From: Marinicella sp.
Lineage (GTDB): Bacteria; Pseudomonadota; Gammaproteobacteria; Xanthomonadales; Marinicellaceae
Assembly (NCBI GenBank): GCA_965230295.1
Contig: OZ246001.1
Location: 2,496,001 to 2,560,000, forward strand
Reading direction: 5' to 3'
Length of the DNA: 64,000 nucleotides
The notes under the pieces were generated by a model that was not told the DNA's origin, made no database searches, and saw only the letters and a program-made list of their open reading frames with translations. Position numbers and translations under genes: made by a program. Every line of letters starts with the position of its first letter. Positions within the stretch are counted from its first letter, which is position 1. Of the stretch, positions 38,929-48,786 are shown in pieces.

Positions 38929-39612
38929 ATGACTAACATGGCTGAAAACTATCAAAGTGTAAAGGATCGGGTAGAGGCGGCTTGTCAGGCAGCTGCACGC
39001 TCTGTTACCCCTGATTTGTTGGCAGTGAGTAAAAAACACAGCGAACAAAAAATAGCCGCTTTGGCCGCCTTGGGTCAGCATTCGTTTGGCGAAAGTTATG
39101 CCCAAGAGGGGGTTGAAAAAATCAACCACCTCAAACATTTAAATTTGGTGTGGCATTTCATTGGCCCGATCCAGTCAAACAAAACCAAAGTGATCGCTGA
39201 AAGTTTTGATTGGGTTCAATCTGTCGATCGAATGAAGGTTTTAAAACGACTGGGGCAACAACGACCAGAAGGAAAGCCGCCATTGAATGTATTGCTACAA
39301 GTCAAAATAGGTCATGAAGACAGCAAGTCTGGTGCCAATGTGAGTGAAGTCATGGCGATGGCAGCCATGTTTGATCAATACGAATCCCTAAAACTCAGGG
39401 GATTGATGTGTATCCCACCACCCAGTGATGACAGCGAAACTCAAATCGGCTACTTTCTTCAAGCCAAAAGGGTTTTTGATGAACTACAAGTGGCCAATCC
39501 AGAAGTGGATACATTGTCTATGGGCATGAGCGGTGATTTAGAGTCCGCCATCATGACGGGCTCGACCATGGTTCGGGTGGGAACAGATTTGTTTGGAGTG
39601 AGGCCGTCTTAA
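38929..39612 (+). CDS. yggS: PLP homeostasis protein (YggS family)
   Basis: LLAVSK, FGESY.QE, WHFIGPIQSNK, LSMGMSGD, MVRVGT; start 38929 or 38938. Confidence 0.95.
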   Translation: MTNMAENYQSVKDRVEAACQAAARSVTPDLLAVSKKHSEQKIAALAALGQHSFGESYAQEGVEKINHLKHLNLVWHFIGPIQSNKTKVIAESFDWVQSVDRMKVLKRLGQQRPEGKPPLNVLLQVKIGHEDSKSGANVSEVMAMAAMFDQYESLKLRGLMCIPPPSDDSETQIGYFLQAKRVFDELQVANPEVDTLSMGMSGDLESAIMTGSTMVRVGTDLFGVRPS

Positions 39613-39848
39613 AAAACGGTCCAGTTCATTTTCCACCAATCTAAAAACTCATCAAAATCTATTTGTTCGTTTTGATCAACATCAATGGTGGCAAAGCCGC
39701 GCACAGCATTGTCCTGGCTGGCTTCAGGCGCCAATATTTTAAGTAATTGGCAAAATTCATCCAGGTCAATCAGACCGCTGCCATCCTTATCAAAAAAGTC
39801 AAAGTGGTCTTTAATTTCTACAATTTCTTCTTGGCTCAGTTGTGACAT
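39609..39848 (-). CDS. EF-hand pair protein
   Basis: DKDGSGLIDLDE and DVDQNEQIDFDE loops. Confidence 0.88.
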   Translation of the reverse strand: MSQLSQEEIVEIKDHFDFFDKDGSGLIDLDEFCQLLKILAPEASQDNAVRGFATIDVDQNEQIDFDEFLDWWKMNWTVF

Positions 39849-40003
39849 GTTTGTGTGATTGTTTACGCTTATTAATGGGCGTATTATAAAGCCAAATGAA
39901 TTAATTTTGCAGCATTAAAACTCGCCGGATTGTTATTGACAGTAAGGAATGCCCTTTGGGATTGAATTATTGTGTTAAAATCGCGCCACTTTTTTTATTG
40001 GAA

Positions 40004-41101
40004 ATGACCATGGGTTTTAAATGTGGCATTGTTGGCCTGCCAAATGTTGGAAAATCGACCTTGTTTAATGCGTTGACCAAAGCGGAAATTGCAGCGGAAA
40101 ATTATCCGTTTTGTACCATCGATCCCAATGTGGGTATAGTTGAAGTACCTGACCCTCGACTGGAACAATTGGCAGGTATAGTCAACCCCCAAAAAACCAT
40201 ACCTACCACCATGGAATTTGTTGACATAGCTGGTTTGGTTGCAGGTGCATCCAAAGGTGAGGGACTGGGCAACCAATTCCTGTCACACATCAGGGAAACC
40301 GATGCCATCGCTCATGTGGCCAGGTGTTTTGAGGATGATGATGTGGTCCATGTCGACGGCACCATTAACCCATTGTCTGACATTGAAACGATCAACACCG
40401 AGTTGGCCTTGGCTGATCTTGAGTCTGCAGAAAAGTCACTGGTCAGGACGCAAAAGAAAACCCGGTCTGGTGACAAAGATGCCGTTAAAAGGGCTGCTAT
40501 TTTGGAAAAAATTGTCAGTCATTTGTCAGAGGGTATGCCTTTGAGAACTTTGGATTTGGCCATTGAAGAGTGGGAAGCGGTCAAAGAGTTTTCATTCATC
40601 ACTGCAAAACCGATGATGTACATTGCCAACGTTGATGATCAAGGGTTTGAAAACAATCCGTTGTTGGATACCTTGAATCAATTCGCATCCGACGAGGGCG
40701 CTTTGGTGGTACCAGTGTGTGCTGCCATTGAAGCCGAGATCGCCTTACTTGATGAAGAAGACAAGGCAGAATTTTTGACTGAAATGGGTCTTGAGGAAGC
40801 TGGACTGAATCGAGTCATTCGTGCCGGTTATGAATTGTTGGGATTGAACACTTATTTTACTGCAGGAGTCAAAGAAGTGCGTGCCTGGACTTTTGTAAAA
40901 GGTGCCACAGCGCCTCAAGCAGCAGGGGTCATTCATACTGATTTTGAGAAAGGTTTTATTCGAGCCGAAACCATGGCATTTGATGATTTCATTCAGTTTA
41001 ACGGTGAAGCCGGCTGTAAAGAAGCGGGTAAACTGCGCTTAGAGGGTAAAGAATATTTGGTCAAAGAAGGGGATGTTTTGCATTTCCGTTTCAACGTGTA
41101 A
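40004..41101 (+). CDS. ychF: Ribosome-binding ATPase YchF
   Basis: [41 protein letters not shown]. Confidence 0.99.
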   Translation: MTMGFKCGIVGLPNVGKSTLFNALTKAEIAAENYPFCTIDPNVGIVEVPDPRLEQLAGIVNPQKTIPTTMEFVDIAGLVAGASKGEGLGNQFLSHIRETDAIAHVARCFEDDDVVHVDGTINPLSDIETINTELALADLESAEKSLVRTQKKTRSGDKDAVKRAAILEKIVSHLSEGMPLRTLDLAIEEWEAVKEFSFITAKPMMYIANVDDQGFENNPLLDTLNQFASDEGALVVPVCAAIEAEIALLDEEDKAEFLTEMGLEEAGLNRVIRAGYELLGLNTYFTAGVKEVRAWTFVKGATAPQAAGVIHTDFEKGFIRAETMAFDDFIQFNGEAGCKEAGKLRLEGKEYLVKEGDVLHFRFNV

Positions 41102-41111
41102 AAGGATTTCT

Positions 41112-41418
41112 GCGCAGCCACTTCTTTTGCTGACGCAAAAACCGTAACTGCTGCGAAGGCTTTGAATGAGTTGACTGCTGACTCGCTGGGCTCGCCAACG
41201 GTCAACATGTGGTATAGACTACAGCGCAGTCACTTCTTGGCCTACAGGACGTAGGTCCATCGCGTAAGCAGGATGCTGAAAACGATGTAATGCTTTCGCA
41301 AAAAACCGTAACGACTCCAATGTATACCATGGTCACAGCTGCTGAAAAGCTGCGCTTTCCAATGGCTGTTCGCTGACCAAGTACTCCGAAGGCCTTGAAT
41401 GAGTTGACTGCTGACTCG
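41112..41418. repeat. Duplicated composite intergenic repeat downstream of ychF
   Basis: 32-bp CGAAGGC(T/C)TTGAATGAGTTGACTGCTGACTCG at 41154 and 41387; GCGCAG.CACTTCTT at 41112 and 41224. Confidence 0.75.
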
Positions 41419-41460
41419 TTGAGCGTGACAGTTGTTGATCTGGCATATCCAAAGGCATAA

Positions 41461-41493
41461 AAAAAGCCAACCTCAATGAATTGGGGTTGGCTT
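41461..41493. terminator. Intrinsic terminator hairpin (for the minus-strand gene)
   Basis: AAGCCAACCTCAAT..ATTGGGGTTGGCTT preceded by an A-run. Confidence 0.7.
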
Positions 41494-41518
41494 GGTGTCG
41501 ATGCACAAATTAAATCAA

Positions 41519-42850
41519 CTACTCAAAGTCATCGGCAAATATGTAATCGTTGTCAGTGATTTGAACCACTTGAGAATTATTCACATAATACAAATTTCCA
41601 ACTTCGTCTTCACCAAATCCCCTGACATTTGAAAATGTATCAGCAAGGAAGGCAAAGCCACTCCAAGTACCGCCGTTGTTAACGCTCCAATACAAGTCGC
41701 CGGTACAAAAATCAGCATAAACGTAAGTGCCTTGCCAGGTGGTCTCAGGTCCGCGGTAGGGAAATCCGCCGATGACTGAGCAACCAATTGGGTAGTCTAT
41801 CACTGGATCCACACGTTCGTTATCTGGAATGGTGCAGGTGATGTCCTGGTCCGGATTCAAAATGTTGCCTTCGTAACAGACCCAACCGTAATTCTCACCA
41901 CCATTTGATGTGGCTGGTTGGTAATTAACTTCTTCTCTGGCACTTTGTCCAACGTCGCCGATGAACAAATCTCCTGTGTCTCGGTCAAAACCCCAACGGT
42001 AAGGGTTTCTTAAACCCCAGGCCCATATTTCACCGCAGTCGTTGTCTTGATCACTGAATGGGTTGTCTACAGGGATGCTGTAATTGAGCCCTTCGCCACA
42101 GGCGTCGCTGACATTGTTGCCCGTGCTGTCAACATCTATTCTGAGCATGGCTCCCAACAAGGCCAGTGAATCGGCGTTGCCACCTTGGTTCAAGAATGAC
42201 TGATCGATGTTGCAATTTTCTCCATCAATACCTGTGCCAAGGAAAATGTCGTCGGGATCTTTGGTTTGGCCCCGGTCACAAGGGTCATTGCCGTCACCAC
42301 CGTCACCCAGTCCAATATACAAATAACCATCGCTTGGGCTGAAGTGAATGTCCCCGCCGTTGTGGTTACCAAAGTCTTGATCAATACTGATGATCTTTAA
42401 CTCTGACTGGTCATCCGCTACATTGGGGTTTCCGGCACTTACGGAAAATCTGGAAACCATCGTGTCATTTGAAGTGTTGGTGTAATAGACATAGAAAAAT
42501 CCATTCACAGCATAGTTGGGGTGGAAGGCCAAGCCCAATAATCCCCGTTCTCCCGAGCCGTTTGTCAAAGTATCAATGTCGAGGAATGGGGTTGCTAAAG
42601 TACTGCCGTTTTCAATGACTTTGATCAACCCTCCTTGCTCAACCACAAACAGCCTGTTGCTACCGTCTCCGGCATTTCTGACTGCAACAGCATCACTGAA
42701 ACCGCCTTCAAGAACAGTTAAAACAGGATCCAGCGGGGGTGGGTCTCCGGCCTGTGACCCGTTTGACAAACCCAGAAAAATGATCATTGCGACGAAAAGG
42801 GACCGCCGGTGAAGTGTGATGTGTGGTTTTGTTTTATTCAATGATGCCAT
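41519..42850 (-). CDS. PQQ-dependent sugar dehydrogenase family (GSDH) secreted protein with a DYIFADDFE tail
   Basis: RLFVVEQ.G, ERGLLGLAFHP, NHNGG, GLRNPYR, GDVGQ..REE.N, NYGW. Confidence 0.92.
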   Translation of the reverse strand: MASLNKTKPHITLHRRSLFVAMIIFLGLSNGSQAGDPPPLDPVLTVLEGGFSDAVAVRNAGDGSNRLFVVEQGGLIKVIENGSTLATPFLDIDTLTNGSGERGLLGLAFHPNYAVNGFFYVYYTNTSNDTMVSRFSVSAGNPNVADDQSELKIISIDQDFGNHNGGDIHFSPSDGYLYIGLGDGGDGNDPCDRGQTKDPDDIFLGTGIDGENCNIDQSFLNQGGNADSLALLGAMLRIDVDSTGNNVSDACGEGLNYSIPVDNPFSDQDNDCGEIWAWGLRNPYRWGFDRDTGDLFIGDVGQSAREEVNYQPATSNGGENYGWVCYEGNILNPDQDITCTIPDNERVDPVIDYPIGCSVIGGFPYRGPETTWQGTYVYADFCTGDLYWSVNNGGTWSGFAFLADTFSNVRGFGEDEVGNLYYVNNSQVVQITDNDYIFADDFE

Positions 42851-42859
42851 GTGATTTCG

Positions 42860-43327
42860 TTATTTGATGCGTTTAACTTTAACACCTCGATTGCCATCGC
42901 CTTTCATTAACCAGGAACCCATCATACCAGGTTCAATGGTGATCAACTGACGGCCGTCTTTTTTCAGGAAAATGGAGCCAGCAGAAACGCGTTTCCAAAC
43001 TTGGCCATTATCCAGTTCATAATAGGTGTCTCCCAATTTGTCGTCATATTTTTTTTCTAAACGGGCCCTGACATCTCGTCGTTCAGTGTCAAGTCTGCGG
43101 GCTTCGAACCCGGCGTTCCTTCTTCTGATTTCACGGTTGATTTCATTTTGTTTATTCTTGATCCAGTCATTCAGAGAATTCAGCTCATCAGCAGATAATT
43201 TGTTCAACCCGGTGATTTGTTTTTCTTCCTCTGTCATTTCACTTAAATCGGGCGATTTAGCAAATACTGAAGTGCAGGTTAACATCAGGGTAAACAAGAA
43301 CAGCTTTTTAGTCATATTTATACTCAA
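42860..43327 (-). CDS. Secreted hypothetical protein
   Basis: Signal peptide; TGLNKLS..EL..LNDWI and LDNGQVW motifs. Confidence 0.8.
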   Translation of the reverse strand: MSINMTKKLFLFTLMLTCTSVFAKSPDLSEMTEEEKQITGLNKLSADELNSLNDWIKNKQNEINREIRRRNAGFEARRLDTERRDVRARLEKKYDDKLGDTYYELDNGQVWKRVSAGSIFLKKDGRQLITIEPGMMGSWLMKGDGNRGVKVKRIK

Positions 43328-43528
43328 AATTTACAAGATGACAAATATACATCAATCTTCACTAAATTACGCCGAATTATTGGTCTACTCATCACAAAAT
43401 TACTTGTTTTTTTGTCAATTAATGTCCTTTATAACAAACTTTTAACACCACATTCTCAAAATTAAGTAAAATGCGAAGCATAAAACCACAAAAAAAACGT
43501 AACTCTATACTGAAAGGTAGAATTTGAA

Positions 43529-44437
43529 ATGAAGAAAATTAAGTCCAGCAAGATTGTCGTTTTGCTTATTGCTGTATATGCGCCCCATGTTTTTGCGGAT
43601 GCTTCACTCAAAATTGATCAAGATTTAGTGATTGGCAATGAGCCAGTGGTACCAGTCTTGGCTTTGAGCGGCAACACCCAATATCAAATCGTTGACAATC
43701 AATTAAATATGCAGATCAATCACCCGGTGATTTGTAATCGCATTGGTGGTTATCAACCGGTTTCCAATCTTCATGCAAGAATTACTGATCCGAATGGCGA
43801 CAACAAGGGTGATGACGATCCAGTTGAATCACTGATGGGCATACAATCTAATGTCAATTACAGTGTCAGGAAGAGACAGTTTGATATCACATCTGAAAAT
43901 CGCAGTAAGTCCATTTGTTTATCAGATTATGAATTCGATGTCATATTCAAAACGGCTTTTTCTGATGAACCGGTGGTCAACAATTCTGACATCTCATACA
44001 ATTTCATCGGTGCGCCTCCGGGTGGCTATACACCAGGCAGTATCATGACTTTTGAACTGACCTATGAAAACACCTCAGGTTCAGAGCAGCTGTTGGATTT
44101 TATTGAGTATCACCCATATACCAACTCCGTTGATGCTTACTTTATTCCGGGTGGAAACATCAGTTGTCAAATACTAGATAATAATGATGTACCAGTCAAC
44201 GGCGCCTTTTGCATCAGCGCAAATGGAGTGGTTTCTGATGCAACATTACAGCCCACAGAAAAAATCAGACTTTCAATGCAAATGCAGATCAGTGCCTCGG
44301 CATTGGTGGGTTCAAACCTTCAAATGATGGCAGCTGTATTCCCGAAAGTAGAGACCATTGATGCATTTGGTAGTGGCCAATCATTCTCAGGTTTTGATAA
44401 GGCAATAGCCATCATTCCTATTGTTGCAAGCAATTGA
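43529..44437 (+). CDS. Secreted beta-rich hypothetical protein
   Basis: Signal peptide (VFA/D); internal DVIFKTAF; Ig-like C-terminal half. Confidence 0.75.
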   Translation: MKKIKSSKIVVLLIAVYAPHVFADASLKIDQDLVIGNEPVVPVLALSGNTQYQIVDNQLNMQINHPVICNRIGGYQPVSNLHARITDPNGDNKGDDDPVESLMGIQSNVNYSVRKRQFDITSENRSKSICLSDYEFDVIFKTAFSDEPVVNNSDISYNFIGAPPGGYTPGSIMTFELTYENTSGSEQLLDFIEYHPYTNSVDAYFIPGGNISCQILDNNDVPVNGAFCISANGVVSDATLQPTEKIRLSMQMQISASALVGSNLQMMAAVFPKVETIDAFGSGQSFSGFDKAIAIIPIVASN

Positions 44438-44460
44438 TCGAAACCAATATGATAATACTG

Positions 44461-44487
44461 AAAAGAGCAGCGATCGCTGCTCTTTTT
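44461..44487 (+). terminator. Intrinsic terminator
   Basis: AAAAGAGCAGCG-AT-CGCTGCTCTTTTT. Confidence 0.75.
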
Positions 44488-44504
44488 GTTGTTGCTGAAT
44501 AATA

Positions 44505-45155
44505 GTGACCCCAGAAAGATTTGAAAAGTTAAAACAAGTCCTCAAGTCCAGACAAACTGACCTGACAGTGGTGATGGATTGGGTGCATAAGCCGCATAAT
44601 TTTAATGCCATCATCCGTTCCTGTGATGCCGTTGGGGTGTTTGAAACCCATTACATTCCTGTTGAAGAGGGCTACCGTCCACTGACCAATACTGCCAAAG
44701 GCTCACAAAAATATGTCACTGCCAACAAGCACAATGATTTTGCCAGTGTGGCCAAAGAACTCAAAGCATCTGGACATCAGTTGCTGGCTGCCCATTTATC
44801 AGATAAAGCGGTGGATTACCGTACCATTGACTATACAAAACCCACTGCAGTGGTCATGGGGGCTGAGTTAGAAGGGGTTTCTCCTGACACAGCTGATACC
44901 GTTGACCAACACATCATCATACCCATGGTGGGTATGGTGGAATCGTTGAATGTGTCGGTGGCTTGTGCTTTGATTTTGTACGAAGCTCAGCGCCAACGCC
45001 AGGCGGCAAATATGTATGACTCACCATCGCTTGATCCAGAGGTTTTCGATAAAGTTTTGTTTGAATGGTGTTGGCCCAAGATTGCCAGCTTATGCCAAAG
45101 GTTAGGCAAGCCTTACCCTGAATTGGATGAAGTTGGCGAGTTCAAAAGTTTTTGA
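44505..45155 (+). CDS. trmH: tRNA (guanosine-18-2'-O)-methyltransferase
   Basis: RQ.DLTV...VHKPHN..AI.R.CDAVG, G.E..G, IPM.GMVESLNVSVA. Confidence 0.95.
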   Translation: MTPERFEKLKQVLKSRQTDLTVVMDWVHKPHNFNAIIRSCDAVGVFETHYIPVEEGYRPLTNTAKGSQKYVTANKHNDFASVAKELKASGHQLLAAHLSDKAVDYRTIDYTKPTAVVMGAELEGVSPDTADTVDQHIIIPMVGMVESLNVSVACALILYEAQRQRQAANMYDSPSLDPEVFDKVLFEWCWPKIASLCQRLGKPYPELDEVGEFKSF

Positions 45156-46087
45156 AACATTTCGTTTTGAATGATTTGTGACAAAGCATAGGGTGTAGTA
45201 CCTACCGGCGGAATGCTGTTTTCAAAATCAGACCAACGTTGTTTTAATGCATGGATGAATCGTTTGTGTTTGGGTGATTTGATCCAGGGCGTTGCCAGCA
45301 ATGTGACTTGTGCTGAACTGGCAGCACATTCATTCATCATGTTGATGCTGTCAGCAGTGACATAAATGTGTCGTGATTGACGTAGAATATCCTGATAAGG
45401 GTTGACCCCGTCAGCATCGCTAAACCAAAACTGATCATTTTCTTTCAGTAAAGATTTCAAAAGCTTTGTGTGAGCATTGGCCAACCTCGGTGATCCACAC
45501 ACCATTAAAGAATGGTTGTGGTTGGCATGGCGTATTCTTTTTAAATCAGCTGATAATTGTTGTTTGAAGTATTCTTTTGGCGGGTTGCCTATCACCAAAG
45601 CAGTTGCAAATGTATTTTGCACTTGTTTGTGTGCTTCTTGAGTGAACCATTGTGCATCAAACGGATGAATGCTGCCGCTGTAAGTGACGATGTTTGGGCC
45701 AGATTTTTGGTCATGCTCGGGCAGTAACAACACATCATAGTTTTTTGCGGCATCTTTGGGATTCAAAATTTGGATGTGTTTAACCTGGATGCCTTGAAAC
45801 CTAAATCGTTGGGAGACAAATTTACCAACGGCAGCAGCAATTCTACCTGTGGTGATGATCACCTCCGGGGGTGATGCAAATTGTGGCTTTTTGTCTTGTC
45901 GCCAGGTCAGCCCTTTATGAAAACCAGGAATGATGCGTGGTGTCAGTGTCAGCCATGGCTGTCTCAGGTTGAAATGGTGAGTACTGGATTGTTTGGCGAT
46001 GTGCTTTGCCAAAGTTGTACTTTGAATCTCATGACCCAGCCGACCCTCAGAAAATACCCAGCACAGATTTACTTTATTCAATGGCAA
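45113..46087 (-). CDS. ELM1/GtrOC1-like putative glycosyltransferase
   Basis: G..GH..Q, PEHD, NPY..IL, VTADS.NM..E. Confidence 0.85.
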   Translation of the reverse strand: MPLNKVNLCWVFSEGRLGHEIQSTTLAKHIAKQSSTHHFNLRQPWLTLTPRIIPGFHKGLTWRQDKKPQFASPPEVIITTGRIAAAVGKFVSQRFRFQGIQVKHIQILNPKDAAKNYDVLLLPEHDQKSGPNIVTYSGSIHPFDAQWFTQEAHKQVQNTFATALVIGNPPKEYFKQQLSADLKRIRHANHNHSLMVCGSPRLANAHTKLLKSLLKENDQFWFSDADGVNPYQDILRQSRHIYVTADSINMMNECAASSAQVTLLATPWIKSPKHKRFIHALKQRWSDFENSIPPVGTTPYALSQIIQNEMFQKLLNSPTSSNSG

Positions 46088-46227
46088 TCACAGTTTATAA
46101 TAGCTGTCCCATTATAGAGGTCAATTTGATTGCTGCAAAGTCGCAATTGTCAGTTAAATTGGTCAAAGATCACCAGAACGATGTCAACCTCACATCTGTC
46201 TGTAAAAGTATTGAATTAGGATCAATC

Positions 46228-46413
46228 ATGAATCAAAAAGCTGCCAACACAGAAAAAGTATATTACGTCAATCCCAGTGATTTACCCGTTTCATGTCCAG
46301 GGAAAGACATGGCTGTTTGGAATTCTCACCCTAAAGTCTTTTTAGCCATTGAGAAAACGGGAGAAGCCGTGTGTGAATATTGCGGTGCAAAATACATTTT
46401 AAAAGCCGATTGA
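46228..46413 (+). CDS. zf-CHCC zinc-finger protein
   Basis: LP.SCP......WNSHPKVFL......CEYCG. Confidence 0.9.
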   Translation: MNQKAANTEKVYYVNPSDLPVSCPGKDMAVWNSHPKVFLAIEKTGEAVCEYCGAKYILKAD

Positions 46414-46463
46414 TGCCTTACTTCCAATCTTCATCGCCTTGTGTGGCAATTTATTAAACCTGC

Positions 46464-47597
46464 ATGCCAGTGCCAAATAAACGGGATCCTATTGACTCAT
46501 TAACAGTCATGCAAGTGGTGCCTGAATTGAAAGTGGGTGGTGTAGAAAGAGGCACCATAGAGTTTGCTGTTTTTCTTCAAAATAAAGGCCATCGTCCAAT
46601 TGTGGTGTCTGCAGGTGGACCATTGGTTGAACAGTTGTCTGAAAACAACATCATTCACATTGAATTAAATGTGGGCAAAAAGTCACTCAGTACATTGAGT
46701 TCTATCAAAAAACTAAAAACAATCATGCAAGACAGGCACGTGGATGTGGTACATGCGCGTTCTAGGCTACCTGCCTGGTTGAGTTATTGGGCGCTCAAAC
46801 GCATGGGTGAAGAAAGACCTAAGTTTGTGACCACATTGCATGGCTTGCATTCGATCAGCCGCTATTCATCTATCATGGCCAGGGGTGATGCCGTCATTGC
46901 AGTCTCGCAAACAGCCAAAGACTACTTGCTACAAAATTTCAAATCACATTTAAACGATGATCCAGAGTTGATCTATCGCGGCATAGACCCTCAATTCAGT
47001 TATGGTCATGTTCCAGATGAGAGTTGGCTAAAGGCTTGGCAGCAAACAATTGACTCCAATAAATCAATAAAAACTGTGTTGTTACCGGGTCGCCTGAGTC
47101 AGCTCAAAGGCGTTGAACATTTGCTGTCTTGGTTAAAGTCTACAAAGCATGACTGTAAACTGTTGCTTACTGCCCAGTATGGTGAATCAAAATACAGTCG
47201 TCAGGTGGGTCAACTATTTGCACAACATGGATTGTCTGAACGTGTGGTTTGGTTGGGCATCGAACGCAACATGCCCAACCTATATGCGGCTGTTGATGTG
47301 GTGGTGTCAACCAACAACAAACCAGAAAGTTTTGGTCGTACGGTTTTAGAAGCCTTGTCGGTTGGTAAACCAGTGGTTGCATTTTCGCATGGTGGAGTCG
47401 ATGAAATCATGAGCGCATTGTTCCCTGAAGGCAAAGTTCAAGTTGGTAATGACGAGGCTTTGGCTCAATGTATAGATTCATTTTTATCTCAAAAGCCTGA
47501 GGTCAAACCGCATCAAATGTTCACCAATCGTGACATGTTCGAAAAAACATTGGCTGTGTATCAGCATTTAGTGGTTGGTGATTCTGCCAATGATTAA
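46464..47597 (+). CDS. GT4-family glycosyltransferase
   Basis: GGVERG, VHARSR.PAW, PESFGRTVLEA. Confidence 0.93.
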   Translation: MPVPNKRDPIDSLTVMQVVPELKVGGVERGTIEFAVFLQNKGHRPIVVSAGGPLVEQLSENNIIHIELNVGKKSLSTLSSIKKLKTIMQDRHVDVVHARSRLPAWLSYWALKRMGEERPKFVTTLHGLHSISRYSSIMARGDAVIAVSQTAKDYLLQNFKSHLNDDPELIYRGIDPQFSYGHVPDESWLKAWQQTIDSNKSIKTVLLPGRLSQLKGVEHLLSWLKSTKHDCKLLLTAQYGESKYSRQVGQLFAQHGLSERVVWLGIERNMPNLYAAVDVVVSTNNKPESFGRTVLEALSVGKPVVAFSHGGVDEIMSALFPEGKVQVGNDEALAQCIDSFLSQKPEVKPHQMFTNRDMFEKTLAVYQHLVVGDSAND

Positions 47598-48786
47598 GTC
47601 GCCGAATTTCATTCATATCCTGTATGTTTCAGTGGTGATTCTACTGCCATTTGGGCGGTTGTCAGAAGTGCCTATATTGGTTTTGTCATTGATAGGCATG
47701 TGGTTTTTAACCAAACACAACAGGGTAATGATTCAATCGAACTGGTTCAAACCGTTCACACTGACCTATTTGGCATATTTTATGTTGGTTTCAATTTCTG
47801 CCATTGATTCTGCATGGCCGGAAAAAAGTTGGTTGATCAGCTTGGGCTCTGTGCGTTTTTATTTAATGGGGTTGGCGCTGATCTATGTGATTGATCAAAC
47901 AGCGATGAAAAAGCTGGCACTTTGGACCACAGCTGTCCTCGGATTTTGGGCTGTTGATGCCTTGGTTCAAGGCGTCCTGGGTCACAACTTGTTGGGTCAG
48001 CCACCTTACCCAGGGCGATTAACAGGTATTTTTGGACAAAATGTAAAATTGGGCCCCGTGTTGGCCTTATTTTTGCCGGTGGTGATGATACACATGTGTC
48101 ATTACAGGGCGTGGTTGCGTTGGCTGGTGGTCTCACTTTTTGTGGTGATTATTTTACTCAGCGGAACCCGCTCAGCGTGGTTGATGATGGCGTTTGTTTT
48201 GTTGTTATTTTGGTGGCAACATGTCAAAGGCCGCCGGTGGTTGTTGTTGGTTAAAGCAGGGACATTGGTTGTCACAGGCGTGGTTTTGTTGTGGTTCAGT
48301 TCCACCGATTTCCAACAACGGGTTGATCGTTCTTTGCAAATGTTTGATGGCAGTCAGTCAGCCATTGATTTTGCTTTGGCTGATCGTTTACCTATCTGGA
48401 ATACTGCCATCAATATGTATCAGGATCACCCGATTAATGGTGTAGGTGCCCGGGCATTCAGAATGGTGTATGCTGAATATGCCGAGCCAGGTGATGTTTG
48501 GGTTGAACAACAGGGTAGTGGGCTGCATGCACACCATTGGGTGCTTGAACTGCTGTCAGAGACAGGCAGTATCGGCCTGTTATTGATGTTGTTAATGTGT
48601 GTGCTTATCTATCGACATGTTCGACTCGTCTTTAATCACCACGCTGTTTGGCCTTATGCAACGGCTTTGTTGGCTGCTATGTTACCGGTGGTTTCGTTGT
48701 ATTCGTTGTTTTCTTCGTTCTGGTCGATTTGTTTGTGGTGGATGTTGGTGATGTTATTTGCAGGAGTTAAAAGTGAGTCAGAATAA
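47590..48786 (+). CDS. O-antigen ligase (WaaL-like)
   Basis: Multi-TM; SGTRSAW, R..IW..A..M...HP..GVG, HAH...LELL.ETG. Confidence 0.9.
   Translation: MIKSPNFIHILYVSVVILLPFGRLSEVPILVLSLIGMWFLTKHNRVMIQSNWFKPFTLTYLAYFMLVSISAIDSAWPEKSWLISLGSVRFYLMGLALIYVIDQTAMKKLALWTTAVLGFWAVDALVQGVLGHNLLGQPPYPGRLTGIFGQNVKLGPVLALFLPVVMIHMCHYRAWLRWLVVSLFVVIILLSGTRSAWLMMAFVLLLFWWQHVKGRRWLLLVKAGTLVVTGVVLLWFSSTDFQQRVDRSLQMFDGSQSAIDFALADRLPIWNTAINMYQDHPINGVGARAFRMVYAEYAEPGDVWVEQQGSGLHAHHWVLELLSETGSIGLLLMLLMCVLIYRHVRLVFNHHAVWPYATALLAAMLPVVSLYSLFSSFWSICLWWMLVMLFAGVKSESE

Noticed and set aside
38460-41101. Broken synteny (no tsaD opposite rpsU, no pth before ychF, no proC after yggS)
   Set aside because: Ordinary lineage-level rearrangement; no scar or mobile signature visible.
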